A stretch of 64,000 nt of DNA from an uncultured delta proteobacterium (GCA_963790475.1 CAWBOS010000010.1:768001-832000), one strand, 5' to 3'; counted from the stretch's first letter, positions 40,890-51,157 are shown. Numbers and translations: made by a program. The notes: generated from the letters alone by a model not told the origin.

Positions 40890-41891
40890 TCACCGGATAC
40901 CCAGCGTAAGGTTTGCCGTCACTATCTTCCAGATGGAGACGGCCGCGAAGAGCAGGTAACAGATTATCGAAATCAGGGCCAGATTTCTGCTGACCGCCGG
41001 AACGATACGGACGAGACTCTTGACGTCTCTGAACGGCTGCAGCAAGCCCACCCCGGCGCCGAAGACTACTCCTCCGAGGAGACTGCCATAAAGCAGGTAG
41101 CCGACATAGCCGTATTCTCTCTGAAGAATGCAGAAGGGGCAGTGGTGGGTGGGGAGCTCGTAAAAATAGAGGGATATGAACGAGAGTAAGGACAGGGCCA
41201 TGACGGGAAAGGCGGCAACGGCAAAAACAGAGAAAAGCAGGCTACCCCGCCCGCTTATCCGGTAGCGAAGGCCGGTTAAGGTAACCAGGATCAGGCTGGC
41301 ATAGAAAGCGATCATCATCGGGCCGGGCGGAAGCGCTGCCAGGTCACCGGAGACCGACCCCTGGCCGGAACCGAAGAGGCTGCCGCAACAGGAAGTGATG
41401 ATGTCCGGCCTCAGCTTCAAAAAGTAGCCCGTCTGCAGGACCGCCTCGGAAACTACGAAAGGGACGATGGCCAGGAGCAACATGAACTTCTTCCGTATCA
41501 GCGGGTAATCATAGGCGCGGCTGTCGGCGTAGTTCATGATGAGCCAGAGGCCTGCCAGGATACAGCTAAAGATCTTGAGCAGGAATGTCGGATAGCCATA
41601 GGAATTGACGTTGAGACTTCCGGCGGCGCACATGGCGCCCACGAAACGGGAATGGAGATCGTCCGCGGTGTAAACATAAAGAAAGAGTGAGGTTATTTGA
41701 AAGGCAAAGGCGCAGGCCAGGAGAGTCGAAATAAGGTAGGTGCTTCTTTCCAGTGTAAGCTGCTTCGCGCTCCCGTTACCGATATCCCAATATCGGATAA
41801 TCCTGGCGCCGAAGAAGGCGGCGTAGACAACCATAAAAGTGACCAGACCGGAGGTGAGGAGGAGGGCGACAATGGCGGGGTGGAGGATCAT
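40890..41891 (-). CDS. Polytopic membrane protein with Cys/His motifs
   Basis: Multiple TM segments; GAMCAAG, ITSCCG, YELPTHHCPFC. Confidence 0.8.
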   Translation of the reverse strand: MILHPAIVALLLTSGLVTFMVVYAAFFGARIIRYWDIGNGSAKQLTLERSTYLISTLLACAFAFQITSLFLYVYTADDLHSRFVGAMCAAGSLNVNSYGYPTFLLKIFSCILAGLWLIMNYADSRAYDYPLIRKKFMLLLAIVPFVVSEAVLQTGYFLKLRPDIITSCCGSLFGSGQGSVSGDLAALPPGPMMIAFYASLILVTLTGLRYRISGRGSLLFSVFAVAAFPVMALSLLSFISLYFYELPTHHCPFCILQREYGYVGYLLYGSLLGGVVFGAGVGLLQPFRDVKSLVRIVPAVSRNLALISIICYLLFAAVSIWKIVTANLTLGIR

Positions 41892-42631
41892 CCCCTCTTC
41901 CCCTCCACCCTGCCGTCCCGGATGGTGACCACGCGGTCTATAACCGGTGCATCGTACACCAGGGGGTCATGACTGGCTATGATCGCCGTCTTTCCCTCGT
42001 CTTTCAGCTTGCCCATTATGGTCATGAACTCGCGGGAAAGGGCGGAGTCAAGATGCGCGGTCGGCTCGTCGGCGATGATAACCGGTGGTTCGTTGATGAG
42101 GGCTCTGGCGATCGCTACCCTTTGAGCCTCACCGCCGGACAGCCACTCCACACGCGCCAAGGCCCGGTGGGACACGGAGAGCATTTCCATGATCTCGAAG
42201 GCTCGCCTTTTCGTCGCCCCGAAGGGCTCTCCCAGGGGATAGGAGGGCAGCATGACATTGTCCAGCGCCGAGATTCCCCTGATGAGATGATATTGCTGAA
42301 AAATAAACCCGAAAGTCTTCCTCCGTATCCCCGTCAGGAATCGTTCAGGCAAACTCGTCACGTCGAGCTCGGCGGGTTCGCCATGTCCTGAAGAGGGACC
42401 GTTGCCTGAAAACCCCGGTATCCCTCCCGTCAGGCAGAGTCTGATCCTCCCCGATGTCGGCCGGGCCATGCAGCCGATCAGGGAGAGGAGAGTAGTCTTG
42501 CCGGATCCGCTCGGCCCCTTCAGCACGGTGACCTTGTTCTCTTTGAGAGACAGGGTCACACCGTTAACGGCCGTGTACTCGTTGGGCTGCCCGGCGTTGA
42601 AAGTTTTTTTCACGTTGACCAACTCGACCAT
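41888..42631 (-). CDS. ABC transporter ATP-binding protein (LolD/MacB-like)
   Basis: GPSGSGKTT, LSGGEAQR, ADEPT. Confidence 0.93.
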   Translation of the reverse strand: MVELVNVKKTFNAGQPNEYTAVNGVTLSLKENKVTVLKGPSGSGKTTLLSLIGCMARPTSGRIRLCLTGGIPGFSGNGPSSGHGEPAELDVTSLPERFLTGIRRKTFGFIFQQYHLIRGISALDNVMLPSYPLGEPFGATKRRAFEIMEMLSVSHRALARVEWLSGGEAQRVAIARALINEPPVIIADEPTAHLDSALSREFMTIMGKLKDEGKTAIIASHDPLVYDAPVIDRVVTIRDGRVEGKRG

Positions 42632-42632
42632 G

Positions 42633-43763
42633 TTATCCCCTCATTATCGAATCCGGGTCCACGATTGACGCTTTCCAGGAGGGTATGATCGTGGCTACAA
42701 CGTAGGGAACGACCGTGAGGAAGAAGAGGGTCACCACTTCGTAAGGGCTGATGAACGGAGTGAGCCGGAATTCGGGGTAGAGGATCGACCAGCCCTTCAA
42801 GACTGGTTCAAAGAGGGTCGCCGAGGCAAAGAAGACATGGAGGTAAGCGAGCAGGCTGCCGAGGAGAAACGCGGTCAGAGAGATGGCGATGGCTTCCCAG
42901 AATTTCATCACGATGATGTCCCCTGTCTCCCAACCGATGGCCTTCAAGGTGCCTATCTCCCTTTTTTCCTCGGCGCTCAAACCGGAAGCCTTATCGAGTG
43001 CGAAGATGACGAAAGCGAGCAGGGCGATCACGATGAGGATGACGATCACACCGGCGCGCCAGTCAAAGACGGCGTCGTAAGTCCTCAGAATCTCATCTCG
43101 TACAATGGGCCTGGTATCGGGAAGGAGTTCGGCAACTTTGGTGGCGACCGTCTCTATCTCCTTCGGGTTTCGCACTTTTACGGTCAGATCGGTGGCCACG
43201 TTTTTTTCCAGGCCGAAAAGATTTCTGAAGTCTTTTTCAGACATGAGAATGAGGTCAGCGGAGACCAACTCGGATGTCGCGGGAAGGATCTCCTTCACCT
43301 CGAAATCGGAGACTGTGCCATCGGGGCCTCGAAAGGCAAAGGCATCCCCTTTCTTGATCTGGAGGGTCCTGGAGATGCCTTGCCCTATGGCGATACCTTT
43401 CTCGCCGTAGGGGGATTCGTTCCGGGCCATTACCGTAAAGTTGGCGCCCGCCAGGTAATAGTATCCCCAGAGCCTGGGCTCGACTGAGATGACCCCCCGG
43501 ATGCCCTTTATCCGTTCGGCGTACTGTACCGGTATCAGGTCGTGCCTGCCGACGATCTGTCTCTGGACCACAATCTCGGGGGCTTCCCTGAGGACCATCT
43601 TGGCTTCCTTTTTCAGCGCGCCGGTAAAAAAGACGACTGAAGCCAGGAGCATTACCACGAAGGCAAAGACGGCTATCAAAGTAAGGTTCTTTCCCTTTCT
43701 CCTGGCCAGGCCAGCGATGGTGAAGTCAATGATATTCCTATGTTTTTCAATCCACTTTTTCAT
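42633..43763 (-). CDS. FtsX/LolC-type ABC permease
   Basis: One TM, periplasmic domain, then EKREIGTLKAIGW and three TMs. Confidence 0.88.
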   Translation of the reverse strand: MKKWIEKHRNIIDFTIAGLARRKGKNLTLIAVFAFVVMLLASVVFFTGALKKEAKMVLREAPEIVVQRQIVGRHDLIPVQYAERIKGIRGVISVEPRLWGYYYLAGANFTVMARNESPYGEKGIAIGQGISRTLQIKKGDAFAFRGPDGTVSDFEVKEILPATSELVSADLILMSEKDFRNLFGLEKNVATDLTVKVRNPKEIETVATKVAELLPDTRPIVRDEILRTYDAVFDWRAGVIVILIVIALLAFVIFALDKASGLSAEEKREIGTLKAIGWETGDIIVMKFWEAIAISLTAFLLGSLLAYLHVFFASATLFEPVLKGWSILYPEFRLTPFISPYEVVTLFFLTVVPYVVATIIPSWKASIVDPDSIMRG

Positions 43764-44055
43764 GTTTCATCCTTATGCTTCCCGGGGGTCGGGTCAGGGA
43801 ACCGGCCGGGAAGTGCTCTGGCGACATGGGATAGTCCTGGAACGGCGAATGGAGATCAGCCTGCGACAGGTGGCGTGCATAACGGGCCTCGGTAAAGAGG
43901 CAGAGGTCGGTGAGCTGCAGCTTCTTTACCAGGGCAGCCCTGCTTTCGATCAGGGTCATGTTGGCCTGCCGTCGAAGATGCGCATCGACGAAGAGAAGCC
44001 CGGAAAGCACCAGGCCGGTGGCCAGACACAAAAGAAAAATATCCGATTTTCTCAA
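43747..44055 (-). CDS. Small membrane-anchored hypothetical protein
   Basis: N-terminal TM, LTDLCLFTEARYARH, HFPAGS; overlaps the permease start. Confidence 0.65.
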   Translation of the reverse strand: MRKSDIFLLCLATGLVLSGLLFVDAHLRRQANMTLIESRAALVKKLQLTDLCLFTEARYARHLSQADLHSPFQDYPMSPEHFPAGSLTRPPGSIRMKHEKVD

Positions 44056-44098
44056 TTAAGCCTCGTGCCCCCTGTCAGACGTTTTCTCCGAGGCCCCG

Positions 44099-44575
44099 TC
44101 ACTGGTCCAATCCCCTTAAGGTCTGTCGGGTTACCTCGGTAAACCTCAGGATGCCTTTCCCCTTGTGATCTTTGAGAAACCCCTTGGCGTCGGACTCTTT
44201 TGTAAAGGGGATGAGTTCCTTGCCCATCGGTCCGAATATATCGCTGCCGATCACGTAATAGGCCTCTTTGCCATCTACTGGCGTGAGGGTGTAATAATCC
44301 ATTACCCGGAAGGACACCATGTCGGACGAGCTCTTTGATGGGGCATAGTGCATTACATCGTGATAGTATTTGAACATATCCTTAGGGCCGTCGAAAAAGG
44401 CCTGCGACCCGTCACGGAAGCGTACTACCGTGATCCAATCGGGATACCTGGCCACGAACATGCCGCAGACCGGGCACTTGTCCCTGGCGGAGGGTTTATA
44501 CGATCCCGTTTCCTCGGCAACCAGGGAGGGAACGAAGAGGAATAAAGCCAGGAGGACAACATAAAGTTTTCTCAT
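44099..44575 (-). CDS. NosL-family metal-binding protein
   Basis: Signal peptide, KCPVCGMFV, FFDGPKDM, YVIGSDIFGPMGKELIPF, FLKDHKG. ATG overlaps the amidase stop. Confidence 0.88.
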   Translation of the reverse strand: MRKLYVVLLALFLFVPSLVAEETGSYKPSARDKCPVCGMFVARYPDWITVVRFRDGSQAFFDGPKDMFKYYHDVMHYAPSKSSSDMVSFRVMDYYTLTPVDGKEAYYVIGSDIFGPMGKELIPFTKESDAKGFLKDHKGKGILRFTEVTRQTLRGLDQ

Positions 44576-46008
44576 GTTTGGTCTATCTCTTTCATTATTT
44601 TTTGTGACCCAAAGGCTTCTAATTTGAGACTTACCCACTCGGGCAGACTTTTGGGGAAGGCCAGGCTCTCCTCAATAATCTCGGCCACATCCAGGAGCAA
44701 AAATTCATGAAAGGGCGCCGCAATAATCTGAACTGAGACCGGGAGCTTTTCCTTGGTCAATCCGCTGGGAATGGCAATAGCTGGAAATCCCAAGAGGTTG
44801 ATGGGTCCTGTAAATTGGGCATTGCGAGGATCCATTACTTCCCCGACGCGGGTGGCCGGGTTTGGTGTGGTCGGTACTATCCAGGCGTCCACCCTTTCAA
44901 AAAGTTTTCGGGCTTCATCAACGAGTTTCGCACGTACTCTTTGGGCCCGAATATAATCCACGGCACTGAGGAGATGCCCCTGCTCAAGAAAAATCCTAAC
45001 ATCCTCACCGAAGCCGTCCGGGTTTTGAATCAGGCGTTCATGGTGGATTTCACTGGCCTGGGCCAGGGTCATAGTAAAGGCGGCCGTCAATGCCGTTTCA
45101 AAACCCGGGATTTTCTCCTCCACCAGGATAGCCCCTTCTTCCTCGCCAATGGTCAAGGTTTTCAGATACTGCTGCCAGACATTTTTGTGACATGAGTTTT
45201 CCGGAACCATAGACGGTATGCGGGCAATTTTCAGACCTTTCAGCCTTTTTGAGGCCAAGGGAGTGGGACTATTTGCTCTTCTGATTGATTCAAGTTTTTG
45301 TAGTTCCTGCGGGGTCAATAAGGCCCTAAAAAGCAACTTGGCATCCCCCACGCTTCGGGTCAAGGGCCCGACATGGTCCAAGGTATAACCCAGGGGGAAA
45401 ATACCTGCCGTAGGGAGCAGACCATAGGTGGGTTTTAGCCCCACAGTTCCGCAGAGGGCGCTGGGAAGACGTATGGAACCCAAGGTGTCGGTCCCCAGGG
45501 CCCCGGGAACCATATGCGCAGCTACGGCCGCTCCGCTGCCGCCGGATGACCCCCCGGGAATATAATCAGGGTTCCAGGGATTACGGCATATCCCGAAATG
45601 GGGATTGGACGAGGTACCCCCCCAGGCAAATTCATGAAGATTGGTCTTCCCAAAAATAATAGCGCCGGATTTTTTAAGACGATCGACAATGGAAGCATCT
45701 TTATCCGCGGGCAAGGCGTTTCGAAAAAAGGAGGACCCTTGAGTGGTCACCACTCCGGCTACATCGATAAGGTCTTTAACGGCGATGGGGATCCCCTCCA
45801 GCAACCCATCAGGGGCGCGGCCTTTGGAATTCAGGGTACGGGCTTGCTTGAGGATTCGCTCTTTATCAATGGAAATAAAGGCTGATAATTGATCGTTCAA
45901 AACGTCGAATATTTTCAGACAGCTTTCAATGATCTCCTCGGGTTTCAGCACTCCTTTTTTAACCAGTTCACACATTTCTGTCAGAAGGAGATCCCTGGGT
46001 TCGGTCAT
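44572..46008 (-). CDS. Amidase-signature family protein
   Basis: IAVKDL, GKTNLHEFA, PGGSSGGS, GTDTLGSIRLPS. Confidence 0.93.
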   Translation of the reverse strand: MTEPRDLLLTEMCELVKKGVLKPEEIIESCLKIFDVLNDQLSAFISIDKERILKQARTLNSKGRAPDGLLEGIPIAVKDLIDVAGVVTTQGSSFFRNALPADKDASIVDRLKKSGAIIFGKTNLHEFAWGGTSSNPHFGICRNPWNPDYIPGGSSGGSGAAVAAHMVPGALGTDTLGSIRLPSALCGTVGLKPTYGLLPTAGIFPLGYTLDHVGPLTRSVGDAKLLFRALLTPQELQKLESIRRANSPTPLASKRLKGLKIARIPSMVPENSCHKNVWQQYLKTLTIGEEEGAILVEEKIPGFETALTAAFTMTLAQASEIHHERLIQNPDGFGEDVRIFLEQGHLLSAVDYIRAQRVRAKLVDEARKLFERVDAWIVPTTPNPATRVGEVMDPRNAQFTGPINLLGFPAIAIPSGLTKEKLPVSVQIIAAPFHEFLLLDVAEIIEESLAFPKSLPEWVSLKLEAFGSQKIMKEIDQT

Positions 46009-46205
46009 GAGGCCACCTCGTCAAGATCGAATTGGAGATCGTCATGAGGTCTGAATCCGGTTACATTCAACTGAAAAAGTATCGCTCGAATCAATTGGAC
46101 CATATCGAATACGCCGCCCTTTTCGGTTATCCTTTCCGCCCGCTCCCGGGAGAACCTCAGTCCCTGCTGCTCTCCAAGGGTAATGATAAATTCTTTTCTA
46201 TCCAT
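46005..46205 (-). CDS. Small protein coupled to amidase (GatC/AtzG-like position)
   Basis: RBS GGGGAGG; ATGA overlap with amidase; 66 aa. Confidence 0.6.
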   Translation of the reverse strand: MDRKEFIITLGEQQGLRFSRERAERITEKGGVFDMVQLIRAILFQLNVTGFRPHDDLQFDLDEVAS

Positions 46206-46233
46206 AGGGCCTCCCCTTTCATTGATTCAATGG

Positions 46234-46375
46234 CTATTGAAGGTCTGAATTCGTTTTGGTATTTCCACCATGGCAGACACCGCAATTGGCGGTAAAATCG
46301 GCTTCCCCATCGCCCTGGGGCCAGAGCCGGAAATACGAATCCAACGAGGCTGATCAAGATCAATATTTTTCTCAT
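46234..46375 (-). pseudogene. Frameshifted, truncated c-type cytochrome
   Basis: MRKILILISLVGFVFPALA, then after removing one C: QGDGEADFTANCGVCHGGNTKTNSDLQ-stop (CxxCH). Confidence 0.6.
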
Positions 46376-46567
46376 GGATATCTTCCCGCCTGATTGATTT
46401 GATATTTTTAACATCAATAAAAACAAAGAGCAAAAAATAAAAATCCTTGCCCTCTGGAGTATGAAAAGACGGCCGGACCAAGAATCACTAAGAGAGCGGT
46501 CATTCTTTTACTCATTGGACTTTCTCCTTAAATGCACTAACTAACCGATCGGCTGTAAACGATTGGA

Positions 46568-47089
46568 TCAGGATTTAGGCTCGGACATCTTCATCCGGTT
46601 CATTTTTCTTTTTTCCCTGATCATTTTAGTGTCTTCGGCCATATCTTCATAGGCCGCTTTCATGGCTTCTTCGAAAGCAGCCGGCTGGCCCATGTTGGTC
46701 TTCAAGAAGGCTTCGGCGTCCCCCTTTTTCTCAAAGGCCCACTTCCCTCTCTTGGACATAACCCCCGGCCTCTTGCCCCCAACCACCCAGAAGGCCGTTT
46801 CGGCATTAATAAGCTGTCGGCTGTCATAATCACCGACTTGGATTGATATCGGAGTCTTGTCAATGTGGTTGGCCAGATCAACAGCAGCACAATGCAGACT
46901 GCATAAAGCGCTTATGGTCCCGTCTTCATATTTGATCAACATTCGAGAAAAATTGAATTGCCCCCGGTCCATGCCGCAAAGGGGGCAGGCCTTATGGGTA
47001 GAGAGGTCATCAGCGGCCTGGGCCAAAAGCATACTTCCTGAGATTAAAAAAGCAGCTGATATGATGGCCAAGATACTTAGTCGTTTCAT
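46568..47089 (-). CDS. NosL-family metal-binding protein, second copy
   Basis: Signal peptide, CPLCGMDR, CSLHC, AFWVVGG..GVMS..KWAF. Confidence 0.85.
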   Translation of the reverse strand: MKRLSILAIISAAFLISGSMLLAQAADDLSTHKACPLCGMDRGQFNFSRMLIKYEDGTISALCSLHCAAVDLANHIDKTPISIQVGDYDSRQLINAETAFWVVGGKRPGVMSKRGKWAFEKKGDAEAFLKTNMGQPAAFEEAMKAAYEDMAEDTKMIREKRKMNRMKMSEPKS

Positions 47090-47565
47090 CTTCTTCCTCC
47101 TTTATCGTCAGTTCATTTTTTGAATATCAGGCAAATCCTTAATAATTTTACTGTCAGGGTCCATTTCTCAGATGATACTAACAAAAATGACCCTTGAAGT
47201 TAATAAAGTAAAGACTATATTTTGAAGGGGAAAAGGCCTTATTTATGATCGATAAACAAGGGTTTTTTCCCAAAAGGATATTTATTTTAACCGATTGTTT
47301 GAGATGTTCTTTTAGCAGAGGGATCAAATAGAATCAATTAAATTTTGATTAGAAGTCGTTTTTCATGGAATGGGAAGTGTATAAGGGGGGGGAGAGACAA
47401 GATCAAGAATAAAAAGAAGAAAATGGAATAGTGAGGGACAGACGGCCATGTTTTGAGGATCACTTCCGAGGCGATGGGAAAGACAAAAGACCGAATAAAA
47501 AAGATTGACTTATAAGGCATCCGATCGATATTATATCCTGGAAGTGTTTTAAAAAGGATTCAAGC

Positions 47566-47865
47566 ATGAAGAAAACGAATCATCTACCACGCGCCCTCTT
47601 GGTCATAACCATAGTCTCTATTTTGTTATGGCTCCCTTTATTTATGAACTATTACTGGTTAATGGAAGCTGATTTTTTAGCGACTAACCTGTCTTTTGAA
47701 AATACGGATTTGGATATTCTCCCGGCGGCCCAGAAATCCCAATTATGGTCATGGGGGTCCGCTATAGTTTTTTCCCAATGGATGAACCATCTGTTTAAAG
47801 ATTTCCTGGTTTTTCACAGTCAAATACCCGCGATCGAAAATAAAAATAATGCCCTTCGGTGTTAA
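47566..47865 (+). CDS. Small membrane hypothetical protein ending in LRC
   Basis: N-terminal TM, EADFL, C-terminal LRC; promoter-like TTGACT...TATATT upstream. Confidence 0.55.
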   Translation: MKKTNHLPRALLVITIVSILLWLPLFMNYYWLMEADFLATNLSFENTDLDILPAAQKSQLWSWGSAIVFSQWMNHLFKDFLVFHSQIPAIENKNNALRC

Positions 47866-48004
47866 CATGCCCCTCTTTTTATCCAATGATAATCATTAAA
47901 ATCCTGAAAGGGAAAGGCGCTTTTTTAAAAGCGCATTCTTCATAAAAACAGGGTGGTACTAAATTTTGGATTGAAAGAATTTATGGGTTGCACAAGGAGG
48001 GAAT

Positions 48005-48199
48005 ATGATCGGAATAAATCAAGATCTAATTGTCATTTTAATAATAGCCGGATTTATTTTCGGTGCCAAAAAATTACCGGAAATAGGCAAAGGGCTGGGA
48101 AAAGGGATTAAAGAATTTAAAAGCGGGCTGTACGGTCAAGAGGAAGAAGAGACGGCCGCCAAACCTAAGGAGATTGAAGGTAGTAGTAAGGGCCAATAG
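48005..48199 (+). CDS. tatA: Twin-arginine translocase TatA/E
   Basis: FIFGAKKLPEIGKGLGKGIKEFK; RBS AAGGAGG. Confidence 0.92.
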   Translation: MIGINQDLIVILIIAGFIFGAKKLPEIGKGLGKGIKEFKSGLYGQEEEETAAKPKEIEGSSKGQ

Positions 48200-48428
48200 A
48201 AATAACCGGCAAATCAAAGGCTGACCTGCTTATCTCCTCCTCGAAAAGAGAACTCCTCTCCTTAGCCGGAAACGAGGGGGCGAGGGGGATGAAAGCGGTC
48301 AGCCAGCCTTAAGGCTGTCTATGAATACCTTTTATTTGCCATATCCTATCAGACTTCTTTACTTTAATCGGACCCGAATCCAGATACCTGTATGAAAAAA
48401 CTGTGTTGTTAAACAAACCGACGGCAGG

Positions 48429-49001
48429 ATGACTTCACTCCCCACTTTAGAATATCTGATCAGTACCTATGGTTACATTGCCATACTGCTGGGTACCTTT
48501 TTTGAAGGGGAGACTATTCTAATTGTGGCCGGATTCATGGCCCATTTAGGATACCTGAAATTACCTTATGTTATGGGAATGGCCTTTATTGGAAGCCTTA
48601 CCGGGGATCAATTTTTTTTCATCCTCGGGCGCATAAAAGGCCAGCCTCTCCTGCTAAGATTTAAGCATATCCAGAAACGGGTGGAGAAGATCCATATCTT
48701 TCTGGAACGTTACAAAGATTTGATCATGATCGGTTTCCGATTTGTCTATGGTATCCGCATCCTGACTCCCATCGTCTTAGGCATGAATCATAAAATCAAG
48801 GCCAGACGGTTTCTCTTGTTTAATGCGGTCGGGGCCATCGTTTGGTCCATAGTGGTTTCTCTGGGAGGCTATCTTTTCGGGGAAGCGCTTCACCTGATCA
48901 TGAAGGGCATCAAACAGTATGAACTGAGGATCATTATTGGAATAGTGATCATAGGGGTGCTGGCCTGGATCCTCAATCGGCTCACCGCGAAGATGCCATG
49001 A
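48429..49001 (+). CDS. DedA family membrane protein
   Basis: YGY, FFEGET, GDQFFFILGR, RFVYGIR, FLLFNAVGA. Confidence 0.92.
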   Translation: MTSLPTLEYLISTYGYIAILLGTFFEGETILIVAGFMAHLGYLKLPYVMGMAFIGSLTGDQFFFILGRIKGQPLLLRFKHIQKRVEKIHIFLERYKDLIMIGFRFVYGIRILTPIVLGMNHKIKARRFLLFNAVGAIVWSIVVSLGGYLFGEALHLIMKGIKQYELRIIIGIVIIGVLAWILNRLTAKMP

Positions 49002-49068
49002 GCTGGAGGCCGGATATCTCAAGTGGTCTGACTTCTAATAAAGGCCGACACAAAAATGCGACAACAGA

Positions 49069-49096
49069 GTGGTGCGCCGGTTGACCGGCGCACCAC
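49069..49096. terminator. Hairpin between convergent dedA and SBP genes
   Basis: GTGGTGCGCCGG-TTGA-CCGGCGCACCAC, perfect 12-bp stem; U-tract weak. Confidence 0.6.
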
Positions 49097-49104
49097 CTGA
49101 TAGG

Positions 49105-50850
49105 TTAAAATCCCATCTTTTTCTTCATCTCCTGATCGATCCAGACACGGGCCATGATCGGGCCGCCTCTCTGGGCACCCACATAGAGCTCTCCATTATA
49201 GTTTTTCAGCCAAGGCCACCAGCCCAAATAGTAGTAGGAAGTGGGAAGGATAATGCAGGGGGCCTGGTTGAGGGCATAAACTGCCAGTTTTTTCATGGTT
49301 TCCATAACTTGTTTGTGAGTAAGTTTTGGGTTTTCGATAGCGTCCTGCCAGGTCTTGTCCATGTAGGGATCAGACATCATGTGAGGATTCCAGGTCTGGC
49401 CGGTGAGGAAATTTTTTCGGATGCCGGCCGTAGGGTTGCCGTGGTCGTTGTCGAAGAAATAGCCTTCCGAATGATTTTTTTTCAACATCCTGGTGAGGTA
49501 GAGGCCGTAATCCAGGGGTTCCAGTTCCATCTTGACCCCGATCTTGGCCAGGTAGGCCACTACCAAGGCGGCCAGATCCTGTTGAGTCTGACTGGCATTG
49601 GATATTTGGGCCTTGAAAGTGAAACCATTGGGGTAACCGGCCTCGGCCAGAAGCTTTTTGGCCTTTTCCGGGTTGTAGGTAAAAAGTTCCCGGGCGGAGG
49701 GAGGGAGTTTATCCAGCGGGGTATAGACCTCTTTAAAGGAGGGAGGAAAGGGATAGGTGTGCAATTCGGCATTGCCGCCGTAGAATTTATCGATGATCTC
49801 CTTTTTGTTGACAGCCAGATTCAGGGCCCGTCTGACCCGGATATCAGTAAAAGGTTTCCTGTCCATGCGCAAGGCAACCGTAAAATTGCCGCCGCTCAGT
49901 ATGCGTTTCCAAGTCACTTGAGGAAGGCTCTTTCTGAGCTCGTCCACATACTTCCAGTTTACCGGTATTAGATCGAGCTTGCCGGATCTGAAGGAAGAAA
50001 TCGCCGTTTGTTCATCCTTGATGATCGGTAGATATACCTTGTCAACAAAGGGCAACTTGTACTTTTTCCCGCCGATGACCTCCGAATCCCAATAATTGGG
50101 GTTCTTGGTATAGGTCTGGGAATGGCCGTCTTTGTACTCGGTAATCATGAACGGTCCGGTGCCGGTGGCGTTTTCCCATCTGTTGGGACCACCGGGGGCT
50201 TTTTCCTGCTCCGGGGCCTGGATGGCATCATAATATCCCCAACCGATACGGTAGGGCCAATCCGCGCACCACTCGGTCATATTGATGACCACCGTATATT
50301 TGTCGGGGGTTTCCATTTTACCGATAAAATCCAAATACAGGGGGATGGCCTTTTTGGATTCTTTTAAACGGGTAAAGCTGTAAACCACATCATCGGCCAC
50401 CAGCTCCCTGGCCTTCATGATTCCCGGCCTTTCCTGCCACATGACACCTTTCCTCAAATGCAGGATAATCTGCATAGGGTTTTTCTTAACTTCCCACTTC
50501 TCTAATAGCTCGCCTCGAGTAACCTCAGGGGGGATCCAACCGAGAGTGTCGAAAGCGAACTGATTGGTTCCCCTGGGTCCTTTCTGGAGATCGCCCATCA
50601 TCAGGTGTTCCATATAGAATCCGGTGTCGTTGCCGTGCTTCCAGGTCCATTCACCGATATCCCAGGAGATCGGATTTATGACCCTATGCATAGTAACCGT
50701 TCCGCCGTACTGGGGTGCCTTGGCGCTGGCGCTGGGACCCTGGGCTTTGACCGCTGTCGCCTTGGAAGGGGCTCCATAGGCGGATAATCCGAGGAACAAT
50801 ACCGAGATGACCAACCCTGCTATCATGAGAACATGAAAAAACTTTTTCAT
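49105..50850 (-). CDS. Orphan ABC transporter solute-binding protein (family 5)
   Basis: PQYGGT, LRKGV.W, ADDVVYSF, GTGPF, NPNYW, DIRVRRAL, YNPEKAKKLLAEAGY. Confidence 0.92.
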   Translation of the reverse strand: MKKFFHVLMIAGLVISVLFLGLSAYGAPSKATAVKAQGPSASAKAPQYGGTVTMHRVINPISWDIGEWTWKHGNDTGFYMEHLMMGDLQKGPRGTNQFAFDTLGWIPPEVTRGELLEKWEVKKNPMQIILHLRKGVMWQERPGIMKARELVADDVVYSFTRLKESKKAIPLYLDFIGKMETPDKYTVVINMTEWCADWPYRIGWGYYDAIQAPEQEKAPGGPNRWENATGTGPFMITEYKDGHSQTYTKNPNYWDSEVIGGKKYKLPFVDKVYLPIIKDEQTAISSFRSGKLDLIPVNWKYVDELRKSLPQVTWKRILSGGNFTVALRMDRKPFTDIRVRRALNLAVNKKEIIDKFYGGNAELHTYPFPPSFKEVYTPLDKLPPSARELFTYNPEKAKKLLAEAGYPNGFTFKAQISNASQTQQDLAALVVAYLAKIGVKMELEPLDYGLYLTRMLKKNHSEGYFFDNDHGNPTAGIRKNFLTGQTWNPHMMSDPYMDKTWQDAIENPKLTHKQVMETMKKLAVYALNQAPCIILPTSYYYLGWWPWLKNYNGELYVGAQRGGPIMARVWIDQEMKKKMGF

Positions 50851-51157
50851 TTATAGCCTCCTGTCTAAAATTAACCGATTATTTTTGGTGCTTATTCCAG
50901 CTTTAAATCTTACACCCTTGTTGTGCAATGGCTTAACATCTTGTGTCGATTAGCCAAGTTCACTCCATATTTCCCTGGTAGGCATTCCCCCTTCCGGTTT
51001 TTTTAAAAATACTGGAAACTGCTGGGGAGAATATAAGATATTACAAGTCAGGGTCAAGGGAAAAAAGGCTCAATTCCGATTTTCCCTTTGACGAAAATTA
51101 TGGGAAAAGTTAGTATGAAATAAATCTTTTTGACCGAATTTTCTTTAAGGAATTAAA

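Noticed and set aside
44572-46008. gatA (Glu-tRNA amidotransferase)
   Set aside because: No gatB adjacent, and NLHEFAWG differs from the usual GatA NMDEFAMG.
44099-47089. Nitrous oxide reduction pathway
   Set aside because: Only NosL-family genes are present; no nosZ, nosD or nosR in the window.
49069-49971. 300-aa plus-strand ORF
   Set aside because: Antisense shadow of the solute-binding protein.
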